From contig MU057701.1 in NCBI GenBank assembly GCA_013265495.1, forward strand, positions 1,364,001 to 1,428,000: a stretch of DNA of 64,000 bases. Direction: 5' to 3'. The stretch is from Vicugna vicugna (lineage: Eukaryota). Numbering within the stretch: position 1 is the stretch's first letter; each line of letters starts with the position of its first letter. Below, piece after piece: positions 13,290-25,170 of this stretch. Under the pieces are notes generated by a model that saw only the letters and a list, made by a program, of their open reading frames with translations, was not told the origin of the DNA and ran no database searches. A program made the translations under genes and the position numbers.

Positions 13290-14000
13290 TGTTGTAGGAG
13301 GTCAGCTGAGAGGCTGGAGTTGTCTAAGAGGAAGGCCTGGGGTTCAGTTCAAGTGTCACTGCCTTCATGGAGGATGCTAGGATTTGACAGGGCAGAGGAG
13401 AGAGGGGAAGGAATTTCCAATACACGGAGCTACATAAATGGAGGTGGGAAGGAGGATGGTTTTCACATGAGCCAGTAGCTCATCAGACCCAGCCAGCATG
13501 TTGGGAACACATTAGAGAGGACCTGAAAATAAGGTTGAGTAGATAGGGGGGCTGGGTTATACTGGGCCTTGAAAGCTGAGGAGATTAGATGAGACACAAG
13601 AGCATGATAGGTTTTTGAACAAAATACTGACATGATAAGAGTAGTGTTTAAGGAAGGCTAGTCTGACAGCAGAATGCCACGTGGGCTGGAGACTGGGGCA
13701 ACGGGTGAAGTCAGAAAGAATGCTGAGGTGTGAGGGGATAAAAGAAGAACTCAGCAGTACTTGGAGAACTAATGAGGCATGGAAGATAAAGAAGAGGAGA
13801 CTATCAGAAGAATCTTTGTGGTGGGGACCTCGGTGGTTAGAAGACCAGTGGTCCCTTAGTGGATGAGAGGGAGTTAGTAGGGTCAATTGGAGTGGGCAGG
13901 AATGAGACGGGTCTGCTGGGTTTAGAATGAGACCTGTTTGGACCTGGACAGAGTCTGTGTTTGGGTGAAGAGTAGAGAGGAATGGATAGAATAATTTCTA
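13290..14000 (-). mobile_element. L2 fragment(s), highly degenerate
   Basis: Purine-rich L2-like text (ggtttttgaacaaaatactgacatgataagagtagtgttttaaggaaggctagtctgacagcag); boundaries approximate. Confidence 0.5.
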
Positions 14001-14816
14001 GCCAAAGAATGGGAATAGTGATTAGTATATATAGATGGATATGGGAGACAAAATAGCAACTCCTACCACCCTCCTGGTGAATTAGGGGCAACGCCATCTG
14101 CTTAGAGTGAGAACGGAGGGAGACAAGTTCTGGAATCACACCAGTAGGGGATCTGACTAGGAAATCAGTGAGCTAATTCAGGAATTTCCTGGAAACAGCA
14201 AGGGCCTGAACCAGGCCTGCATCCTACAGCCACCTCCTGGCTGGGGTCTGCAGCAATCGCCACCCAACCCTCTGCCCCTGTCCCTCCCTGGCTGGGATGG
14301 AGAGCCCTGGCAGTAAGAGAGACTCAGGCCTGGGGATGGGGATGTCTTGAAGGCAGTCAATAGCAGTGCTAATGACTTAGAGGGAGTAACACAGATGGTG
14401 CTTTTGTCTGAAAATACAGATGATGGTTTGGTGTTGAAAATGTGGCCAGCCCTTCTCTTACCTTGATCTCCTCTCCATTAAAAAAAAAAAAAAGGCAGAG
14501 TAGGAGGAGGATCGTTTTTTGTGAGAGGGCAGGGAGTTGTGTCCCTGGAGGGCTCTGCAGGGTACTGTAGAAGTGAGGGTGGTGGGAATGTGGAGGTGGT
14601 GTAGCTTGAATCCATGAGAAGGTGAAGCCAAGAGGTTGTGCTTGGAATGTTGTTTGTGCAGAGTACGAATGAAGGAAGCGTTGGGGTAGAGCGATGGGAG
14701 TTCTGTCCTTATCACAGCCAGAGCAGAGGCAGCCTGGGCAGGACTTACCTCTTGTCCAGTTTGGCAATGGGTCGGGAAGGGATAAGGGATGCTTGAGAAA
14801 GACAGAGGGTCAGATT

Positions 14817-16783
14817 TTCTGGTCAAGATGGCAGAGTAGTAGGATCACAAGCTCCCCTCTCCTCATGACTACAGCAAAACCGCAACTGATTGCTAAACAA
14901 CCATAGGAGAAAAAAAGACTGGAGCCTAGCAAAGAAGATCTTCAAGTGGAAACATGAAGAGGGAACCACAGCGGGACGATAGGAGGAGGATACTCACCAT
15001 ATAATTGGGCCCCATACCCCCAAGGTGGGTGACCCACAAGCTGAAGAATAATTAAGTCACAGAGGCCCTCCCACAAGAGTGAGAGTTTTAAGTCCCACGT
15101 CAGGCTCTCCAGCCTGGCATTGGAAGGAAGAGACCCCAGGACATCTGGTTTTGAAGGCCAGTGGGGCTTAACTCCAGGAGCCCCATGGGACAGGGGGAAA
15201 CAGAGACTTCATTCTCTTGGGAAGCATACACAGAATGTCATGTGTGCCAGGTCTAAGGGCAGAGGCAGTGATTTCATGGGAACCTGGGCCAGACCTGCCT
15301 GCTGGTTTTGGACGATCTTCTGGGGAGGAAAGGGATGGCTGCAGCTCACCCAGGGGATATAAAATCTAGTGGTGGACATTCGGGGAGTGTTCATCTACAT
15401 GAACTTTCCTGGAGGCTGACATCTTGATTGGATCATTAGTACCATGACCTAGCCCCACCCAACAGCCTGTAGGCTTAAGAGCTGGGAAGCCTCAGGCCAA
15501 ACAGCATACTGGGTGGGAACCCGTTAGCAGACTTCCTGAGCCACAGATGCCTCTAGACATGGCCCTATCCATCAGAGGTCCAGGACCAAGCTCCAGCTCC
15601 TCCTACCAGGAAACCAGCATAAGCCTCTAATCCAGCCTCCTCCACCAGGAGACAGATACCAGAAATAAGAAAACAACAATCCCAAAACCTGTGGAAGCAA
15701 TCCACAGACACCGGCCAGGCTCTACACTGGGACTGGCTGGACCCTGACCCTTGGGTGAGAAGAGTGTACTGCTGAGACACACAGGACATCTCCCACAGAG
15801 GCCACTTCTCCAAGGTCGAGAAATGTAACTAACCTACCTAAAAAATACAAATAGAAGGATAGACTGTATGAGGTGGCAGAAGAATATCTTCCAGGCCAAG
15901 GCACAAGATAAAATCCCAGAAGAAATAAGTGATGAGGACATAGGTAGTTTATCTGAGAGTTTAAAGTAATGATGGCAAAGATGTTCAGAGAACTGAAGAG
16001 GAGTATAGATGCACAGAGTGAAGTTTTTAGCAGAGAGTTGGAAAATATAAAGAATACCCAAACAGAGTTGAATAATATCACAGAAATGAGTAACACACTA
16101 GAAGGAACCAAGAATAGACTAGATCAGTGAGCTAGAAGACAGATTAGTGGAAATCACTACTGCAGAACAGAAAAAAGAATGAAAAGAAATGAGGATAGTT
16201 TAAGAGAACTCTGGGACAACATGAAGCACACTAATATTCACATTATAGGGGTCCCAGAAAGAGAAGAGAGAGAGAAAGAACCTGAGAAAAATTTTTAAGA
16301 GATAATAACCGAAAACTTACCAGCTTGGGAAAGGAAACAGTCACTCAAGACCAGGAAATGCAGAGAGTTCCACAGGCATCAACTCATAGAGGAACACACC
16401 AAGGCACATAGTCATCAAATTGACAAAAATTAAGGTTAAGGAGAAAATATTAAAATTAGCAAGAGAAAAGCAACAAATAACATACAAGGGAACTCCCATG
16501 AGGTTATCAGCTGATTTTTCAGCAGAAACTCTACAGGCCAGAAGGAGTGGCGTGACATTTTTAAAGTGATGGAAGGGAAAAACTTACAGCGAATAATATT
16601 GTATCCAGCAAGGCTTTTGTTCAGATTTGATGGAGAAATCAAAAGCTTCACAGATAAAAGAAAAGCAAAAAGAATTCAGTACGACCAAACCAGCTTTACA
16701 ACAAATGTTAAAGGAACTTCTCTAGTCATCAAACCATAAGAAAAGAGAACAAAAGGAAGAAAGAGAAAAAAAGACCTACAAAA
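14817..16783 (+). mobile_element. LINE-1 5'UTR plus degenerate ORF1
   Basis: Starts with L1 5' terminus gtcaagatggcagagtag (YY1-like); ORF1 remnants ctctgggacaacatgaagcacactaatattcacattataggggtcccagaa, tcagctgatttttcagcagaaactctacaggccagaagg; frames disrupted. Confidence 0.88.
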
Positions 16784-17080
16784 GATTGCTTTGGCAATTC
16801 GGGGTCTTTTATGGTTCCATACACATTTTGGAACTGTTCTAGTTCTGTGAAAGATGTTGTGAGTATTTTGACAGGGGTTGCATTGGATCTGTAGATTGCT
16901 TTGGGTAGTACGGCCATTTTGATAATGTTGATTCCTCCAGTCCAAGAGCACAAGATATCTTTCCATTTCTTTGTATCATCTTCAGTTTCCTTCATCAGTG
17001 TTTTACATTTTTCAGAGAATAGGTAACCTCCTTGGTTAAGTTTATTTCTAGGTATTCAGTTGTTTTTGATGTCATGGAAA
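16784..17080 (-). mobile_element. LINE-1 ORF2 fragment
   Basis: Minus [38 protein letters not shown] is L1 ORF2. Confidence 0.9.
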
Positions 17081-17134
17081 TGTTTATGCTAGTTATAAAA
17101 TTCTGATTTTTGAAGTGAAAAAAAAATGAAGGGC

Positions 17135-18173
17135 CGCAAATGGCAAAATATCCTTCTTTTTTATGGGTGAGTTATATTCCATTACACATATATGCTACAT
17201 TTTCTTTATCCATTCATCTATTCATGTACAGTTAGTATACTTATATATCTTGGCAATTATAAATAATGTTGCTGTTAATAGTGGGGTGTATGTATCATTC
17301 TGAATTAATGTTTTTGTATTTCTCGAATATATGCCCAGGAATGAAGTTGCTGGGCCATGTGGTGGTTCTATTTTGGGGGTTTTGAGAAACCTCCATATTG
17401 TTTTCCATAGTGGCTGTACCAATTTGCATTCCCACCAGCAGTGTACAAGGGTTCGCGTTTCTCCACATCCTTGCCAGCATTTGTTGTTTGTTTTCTTTTT
17501 GATGATGGCCATTCTGACAGGCTGTTAGACGATCTCATTGTGATTTTGATTTGTATTTCCCTGATGTTAGTGATGTTGAACAACTTTTCATGTTCCTGTT
17601 GGCCATCTGCATTTCCTCTTTTGGAAAAATGTCTATTCAGTTCTGCCCACATTTTAAATGAGTTGTTTGTTTGCTTTAATTTGTTTTAATTGAAATGCTG
17701 TTGATTTAAAATGTTGTATTAGTTTCTGGTGTACAGCATGGATGGACTTGGAGGGCATTATGCTAAGGGCATTATGAAATAAGTCAGACAGAGAAAGACA
17801 TATTTATTGTAAGATACCACTTACATGTGAAATCTAAAAAAATACAACAAACTAGTGAATATAACAGAAAAGAAACAGACTCACAGATGTAGAGAAGAAA
17901 CTAGTGGTTACAGTGGAGAGAGGGAAGAGGGAGGGGCAAGATGGAGGTAGAGGATTAAGAGGTATAAAATAAGCTACAAGGATGTATTGTACAACATGGG
18001 AAAATAGCCAATATCTTATAATAACTATAAATAGAATATAACCTTTAAAATTATGAATTACTGTATTGTATACCTGTAACATAATATTGTACATCAACTG
18101 TACTTCAATTTAAAAATTACGGTATTATAAAATAAACACATAAATAAATTTTTAAATGGTTAAAAAAAAAAAA
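17135..18173. mobile_element. LINE-1 3' region with inversion (minus 17135-~17735, plus ~17736-18173 with A-tail)
   Basis: Minus peptide [28 protein letters not shown] (ORF2 Cys-rich domain); plus segment gcatggatggacttggagggcattatg...3'UTR...poly-A. Confidence 0.85.
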
Positions 18174-19182
18174 GAGTGTCATCTGTTGCCATAGGCAAGT
18201 GCTGATTATCTGCATCTTATTCTTAGCAGATTCAGCAAACTCTCCACCCGTAACCGGAAGTAAGGGATGTTTCTACAGCTGGGGCAGGCAATACAAGTCT
18301 GGAAAGTCTGAAAGTGTTTGTTAATGTGAGATGTACCGTTACAGTATTATTAGAAAACTATTTTTACTGAATTGCCTTAGACACATTAGTCAGTTTAAGC
18401 GTACTCTAGTTTCTTTGCTTGACTTGAGCAGTTTCCAATAATTTCTCTGGTGCAAAGTAGAAAAGTAGCTAAGCAGGTTCTGTTCTATGAAAATTAAATT
18501 ACAGACTCATAGACTTACAGAATTTAGAGCTTTCTGGAAAATTCCTTGAAGACAGTGAAGGAGGGCCCTTCTCTCGGTTTACAGTGGAAGAACCCAAGGC
18601 TCAGGGAGGTGAAGTGGGCGAGCTCCGTCCCTGTTATTTGAAGGTCTTGGTCCCCCTCGGAGCTCCTGCTTGCCTGCTACCTCATGGCTTCATTTGGTTT
18701 GTATTCTCAGTGACTGATTCTACTACGAACTGAACAATTATAAAAATCTCACACTTAGGTGGAACTTTGGGACCAGGTGACATCACTGGGCTGTTCCCAA
18801 AGTCTTTCCCTGTCACAGTCCTCAGTGGTGGTGGAGTGGGATGGGGAAAATCTCAGGAGGCCTGTGGGCAAGTAGTTCTCTACACAGCGGCCATAATTTG
18901 GCCAGCTGGCCATCCAGGACCTCTGCCAGGAACCCAGGATCTCCTGGCCTTCTTGCAGGCCTGAACATGGCCTTGGGTTTCTCACCTCCTTCCCCTTACT
19001 CATGTCCTGTCCTTCACTTGGAATGTACTCTCCATCCTGGGGCTCTGCAGTCAGCTTGTCAGGTCTCCAAGGACCAGCGCACACATGGACCCTGGAAAAC
19101 TCCTTCGTGCTACCCTCTCTAACTAACCTCCTCCTACCCCCTCCCCATCACTTCCTTTTTCTCACTCCCGCTGTTCTCCCCT

Positions 19183-19261
19183 ACACACACACACATACAC
19201 ACGCACGCACACACATACACATGCACATGCACACACACAGGCATGCACACACATCTCACAC
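19183..19261. repeat. Imperfect (CA)n microsatellite
   Basis: acacacacacacatacacacgcacgcacacacatacac... Confidence 0.9.
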
Positions 19262-19759
19262 CTGATTTTTAAAAAGTTGTCTTCTTTGGGCCTCAGATTC
19301 CTTATCTGTAAATAAAGTTCTGATATAAGTATACACAAACAGATTTTACTGCCCTGTATCAAGGTTAAGTCTACTGATGCATGTGTGAAAATTATTGTTT
19401 CTGACTGAAAAAGAAAGGCTAATTTCTTGTTCTTTAAGTTCTCAAAGAGTTTTTTCAGTTTATGAAGAATTAATCCAAAATACTTTTGTCACATGGTGAA
19501 GCTGAACAGTGAGTGGATGTGAATGGGTTCAGATATGTAAACTAGGTTTTCTAGCTTACTAATACTGACTTGGAGGGGGAATGTCAGCTGCTTTACCACT
19601 TACAGCTAGAAAATCCAGAGAAGTGATTGTCCACATCAGTCAGGTTTTCCAAAGCTTAAAGTTTGATTCTTATACAGGAAACAGAGAACATGTGTTGCAT
19701 ACATTATTGTCAGCATTTTCTAAAACGATTTCAGAGAGTAATGCTTTTACGCTGTTGGA

Positions 19760-20930
19760 ATGAGGAAGGCTTCCTCTGGAGACAAAAACCCAGAAACTAT
19801 AAAGAAAAAGTTTGATTCATCACCTCAAAGTATAAAACTTTGTAAGTTTAAAAAAAACCCATAAAATGAAAAGACAGTCAGAGATGGGGAAAAATATTTG
19901 CAGCATATACGGTAGAGAGAGTGTTAATTATTCTTGATACAGAAGGTGAATTTAAAAAAAGGCTTTGGGCAAGAAATACCAATGACCAGTTAACAGAATA
20001 AGAGAAACAGATGGGGGAAAAACATGAAATGATTATCAAAGCATTGGACATGCCTTTTCCCCATCCATCAGATAGGCAATCATTAAAAGTAATGGTCGGT
20101 CTTGACAAGCGTTCAATGTGGATACATTACACACTGTTGGTAGGAGTATAGTTGGTAAATTGGACAAGTTAGCAAGGTGATTTCGAAGTTTTAGATACGC
20201 ACCTCCTTTGACCCCACAGTTCCACTTCTGGGAAGGCACCCTTTCAGGAGACTTGCTCTGTGCACAAGAGGTATATAGAAAGCTTTTCAAGGCAGCATTG
20301 TTCCTGATGGTAAAAAATGGAAAAAAACTCAAATTTCTATCAGTAAAGGAATGATTAAGTGGATGATGGTATGTCTATACTGTGTAGAAAAAATATGTGT
20401 GTACCTATAGATTTATTTGTATTGGCATAGGAAGGGGTCCAAGAAACAATAAGTGAAAAGCAGACTGCATAGCGATATGTATAGTGTGATCTCATTTAAG
20501 ACCAAAAACAAAACTTTGTGTATTTGTGTATATCTATAAATGCGTACAGAAGGACAGAAAAGGTACATTCTAAACAATTGATTTTGGGGAGACTGGGAGA
20601 GATTTTCGCTTTTCCTCTGCATAAATGTGTTTTTGAAGTTTTTACAACGATATTGAAATTGTGGGTTTTTTTTTTTAAAGAACATTTATATATGCTGTTC
20701 AATCCTGTAATTTCACTTCTAAAAATATTTACTAAGGAAATAATCAGAGAGGCAGTCAAAGGTTATGTATAGCATCGTAATATATTACAGCATTGTTTGT
20801 AATAGCAAAAAATTTGAAGCTGAAATAGGTACAATGTGGAATATTCATTTTATGTAGCTATTTAAAGTCATGTGGGAAAGAATCTTTATTGACTTGACGA
20901 AATACTTATAAGAATTGTTAACATTTAGGA
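19760..20930 (+). mobile_element. Ancient L1 (L1ME-like) fragments
   Basis: Degenerate ORF2 end/3'UTR text (aaaagacagtcagagatgggaaaaatatttgcagcatata; tttgaccccacagttccacttctggga). Confidence 0.65.
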
Positions 20931-21150
20931 AATATACTTGCTCTATACCAGGGACCATGCACAGTGCTTTTACATAAATTGTTTCCTTTAATCTTCTGAA
21001 CCGGTCTTTTCCCATTGGCATTTTACAGGTGGAGAAATGAAGGCTTGGTTAGGGTAAATAATTTGCCTGAGGGTTAGACTCCTTCCAAGTTAGAGGAACT
21101 GAAGCCAAAGGCCTTGCTGATACCCAGATGCTAGATTACTTCACTGTGTT
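20930..21150 (-). mobile_element. MIR SINE
   Basis: cattttacaggtggagaaatgaaggcttggttagggtaaataatttgcctgagggtt. Confidence 0.65.
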
Positions 21151-24100
21151 ATCTTGAGTATAAAAACAGATTACATGCATACATACATATGGTGTGACTC
21201 ATTTATAAAAATGAATCTTTCTGTGCCTTAGTTTCCTCAGGGGTGAGGTGTGCGGGATGGCTGTTGGGATTTGATAGTCTGAGGATAATGATTTTATTTT
21301 GAAAATTGACATACATTGTATATATTTCCCCCTAGATTACAAAAATATTTGGAAACACCTAAAAGTAGAAAATAAATATTACTGATACGCCTATTATATG
21401 GAGAAAGCTAGTGTTAACGCCCCTTGGCCCCTTTTGCCTGGTGTGTGCATGGGTATGGACATTATTGAGGTGCTTAATAGTTCCTGCAAAATTGGTTTCA
21501 CAAGTTTTTGCTAATGATGTTCCAACTCTTAGTGCAACAGTGGGTTTGTCTCTTCGTGCCCTTGACAGCATCACATGTTATATTTTAATGATGGAATTTG
21601 ATAACCAAAACTTTCATTGATTTGTTTTCCGATTCTTTGTCGTTTTTAGTAAGTTGCGCTTTTTTTGTTTGTTTGTTGGCCATTTGAACTCTTGGTTCAT
21701 GTACTTGGGAAGTGTCTATTAATGATGTCTTCCTAAGGTTGATGGTTAAAGACCTTAAGCAAGACTATTAGAAAGTCCTTTTAAGGGGAAGTTTCACTCT
21801 GCCGGTTGGAATACGTTTTTCCTACTGGGTGAATTAGTGGTCTGTGGTTAAAACCTGACTGCTTAGCCACTTGGAATTTGACTTTAAAGTTTGGCTTTAA
21901 AATTTAAGGAAAAGATTGGTGAAATGTATCCAGGACCCCTCTTACGCAACTTCCTGAAAGTCTATAATTATTCTAAAATAAAGTTTTAAAAATTCAAGGA
22001 ATAGTAAAACTTCTCCTGTTACGACCTGTAATTGAGCTTGGTGATTCTGACTGCGGGAGGCAGGGGGAGGGCAATATATGACAGCAGACCCACAGCCAGA
22101 CAGTGGCTAGGAGCCTGCATTTATTGTTGCTGTTGTTAAATTTGGAAATAATTTCAAACTTTAAAGTGGTTGCAAAAATAAAAACTGAATAAGGAACGCC
22201 ATTTACTCTTTCTAAAATTCACCCATTGTTAACATTTGACCCCACGAGCATAGCTTTCAAAACGAGCTATTTTGTGACCGTGGCCCCCTCTCAACCTTCA
22301 GGATTTTCAGCACCACGGTCTCCTACGTTCCAGGCATTCACTCTCCTGAACAAAAATGTTTACACCTACAGTAGTTCTGTTTCCTGAAATTTAAATATAA
22401 ATCGAATCATGTAGCATTTAAAGGTTTTGAAAAATTGATCCTCTGCCTCTAAACTCAGATACAAATCTGCCTCCGTGCCCCCCAGCACAGCCCCTCAGCT
22501 GTAGCTTACCTGCCTAGTGACTCTCTTGTTTGACTTGTTTCCACCTCAGTGCCTTTCCATGTGCTGATGTTTCATATCTGCTATATTATTTTGTTCATAC
22601 CTGTTCCTCCTAAGTCACATACATGACTTTTCTGCTTATAAAAAAGAAAAATCCCAGACTCCTGTGCTCTGATTATTACCATCTGATTTAGGCATACCTA
22701 TCCTGAGGTGTTTTGTTTGTTTGTTTGTTTGTTTTTGCTTTAGGGTTGGTTTTTGTTTGTTTGTTTTAACTTTCATATAGGTGTCATTATACAACATCCA
22801 TCTGTTGTCTCCTTGAGTTTTCCCCAGTGGATGGCAAACCTCCATAGGCCTCATGTGGTTGTGCTGAAGGCATGACCTGGTTTTGAACGAGTTAGTGTGA
22901 ACTGAATTTGGATTTCATTATTAGAACCATCTAACAATCTATAAAGCAAAATTCTGATCGTGTTGATACTCTGGAAGACCTTCTTCCTTCAGGGATGTGG
23001 CCCTCTTCCCAGGTGGGCCTTCCTCCTATCAGGTAAAGGCCCATGCATGGCTGAAGGGGGTGAACCTGTTGTTTACTAGTGGCATAAACCTTCTGTTGTG
23101 TTGTGCTGCTGGGTGGGAAGAGACTTGGAGTGCGGTCTGGAAACCTCTTATCTAGCTGGAAAGGAGTTCTGAGTTTCTAACAATCGAGGTCTAAGTGCCT
23201 CGGGAGGACTGCCTGTGCTGGAAGTGGAGTACTTCCCATTTTAAGTGAATCTAAGGCTGGTGCTAGTTCATTATCTGCAATGTCAATATTGATTTTTGTT
23301 TGTGAGGTGGAGTATTAACAGATTAGAATAGCTGCCGGCAGTTCTCAGCTGCTTCATTGAGTTTAAATGAATCCAGGGATGGCTGTTAAGATGTACTTGA
23401 GATTTTAAGGCTAAATCAGACCTTCCTACTATGGTTGGTTTTGACCAGTTTCACTGTTGGCAGCATCAAGGTGGAAAAATGAATCTTAAGGCCCTTCTCT
23501 ACTTTTTAGAAAACCAAATCCTATTAGAAACTGCACAGATAAGAGGTATTAAGACATCCTCTGCTATACAGTGCAGCTTGACTCTTCTTCCACCAAGAGA
23601 TGTTTTTGAATTAAAGCTATTGACTGACAATCCATGCTAGCAGATGGTACTCATACATCATATGTCCAAGTGCGAGCTTGTTCAGAGACAGCAAATATCT
23701 ACCGGGCCAAATTTTACAAAGACAAATAATTTTAACAATGATCTTCAAGGATTAGGGATGCTCCTGAGAAATGAGGCATGTTCCAAACCAGGCTTGCCTC
23801 TTCAGATGCTGTTATTACTGTGCTTTCTGTATCTGGAGACGAGTTTAATTTTTAGTCAAAGTTGCTTGCTTTCCTCCTTCTCGTTTTCCTTCCTCCAGCA
23901 TTTCCTCTTATCTAGCATGTGAGTTAGAAATTAATAATGCTGATAATAATAATAATAATAATAGCTACATTACTGTTTGTTCTGATGTAGGAGGACCATG
24001 CAGATGAGTTGGTGATAAGTGAGTAGCCTGGGAGGAACTACTGTCTCTTTTTACAGCTCTGTAGGACCTTGGGATTGAGTTGTTTCAAATACAGCTAAAT

Positions 24101-24864
24101 GTAGGAAGGGCAGTTATTATTAGAAAATTAGCCCCCAAGTCTCCCCAAAAACCAATCCATCAGATTCAGAGAGGTTATTATATCTGAGTTAATAAACGCC
24201 AACATTGAGTCTTGAAATAGCTCTTCATTTTTCATTGCACAGTCTGATTTATTGTTGATTGGTTTTTCATGACCTAATTAATTAATGATAATAACCTTTG
24301 TAAGTGACCAGAAATAAAATAAATTTCATGGATGTTTGGTATTCTGACTTTCATCCACCGAGGTTGATAGATTCGTGGTTGATAGGCAGGGCAGTTGGCT
24401 ACTGGCTTTCTGTTGAGGCTTTTGTTTTTTATGAGTTCAGGTTAGATGAAAGCCGTTGGTTTGTTCCTTGTTTTTAGACCAGATAGAATAGAATCCTGCA
24501 TTAATGCTGGCCTTCTCAGTCTTAGTGAGAACTATGAACGTCTTTATAAGGCTTAGTAACTTTAATGGAGAGGTGCAGCCAAGACTTTAAGACCCATCAG
24601 CAGAACAGTCTGAGAAGTCCTTCTTGGAAACATACGTGACTAAGGCTAAGTTTTGGAGAGTGTTTGACTCTAAATAGCCTTTTTTCCCCCCAAAAAGTAA
24701 GGGAGCATTAATGAATACATTTGCATTTATTACCATAGAACATAACCACATGGTGTGTAAACACTGAAGAACAGTGTGAGCTTTTTGAATAGAATTGTTT
24801 TAGTTGGCATGATAACTAGTACAAAGTATTGTAAAGTTTTGAATGGTGAAATTTTAAAAACTAT

Positions 24865-25170
24865 TTTAATATTTTAATTATGGTAAAGTATACATAACAA
24901 AATTTACCATCTTAACTGTTTTTACGTGTACAGTTCAGTAGTGTTCAGTATATTCACATTTATGAAACCATTCTCCAGACCTTTTTCATCATACAAAACT
25001 CTATATCCATTAAAAAACAATTCCCTATTTCCTGCTCCCACCCAGCCCCTGGTAACTGCCGTTCTACTTTCTGATAGATCTTTACTATCTTTAGATAGAT
25101 CATATAAGTAGAATCATACAGTATTTGTCTTTCTGTGACTGGCTTATCTCACTTGGCACAGTGTCCCCAA
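24865..25170 (-). mobile_element. L1MB-like 3' end
   Basis: ggtaaagtatacataacaaaatttaccatcttaac...gtacagttcagtagtg...gtgactggcttatctcactt. Confidence 0.85.

Noticed and set aside
15870..16720. Functional L1 ORF1
   Set aside because: No long plus-strand ORF; multiple stops and frameshifts
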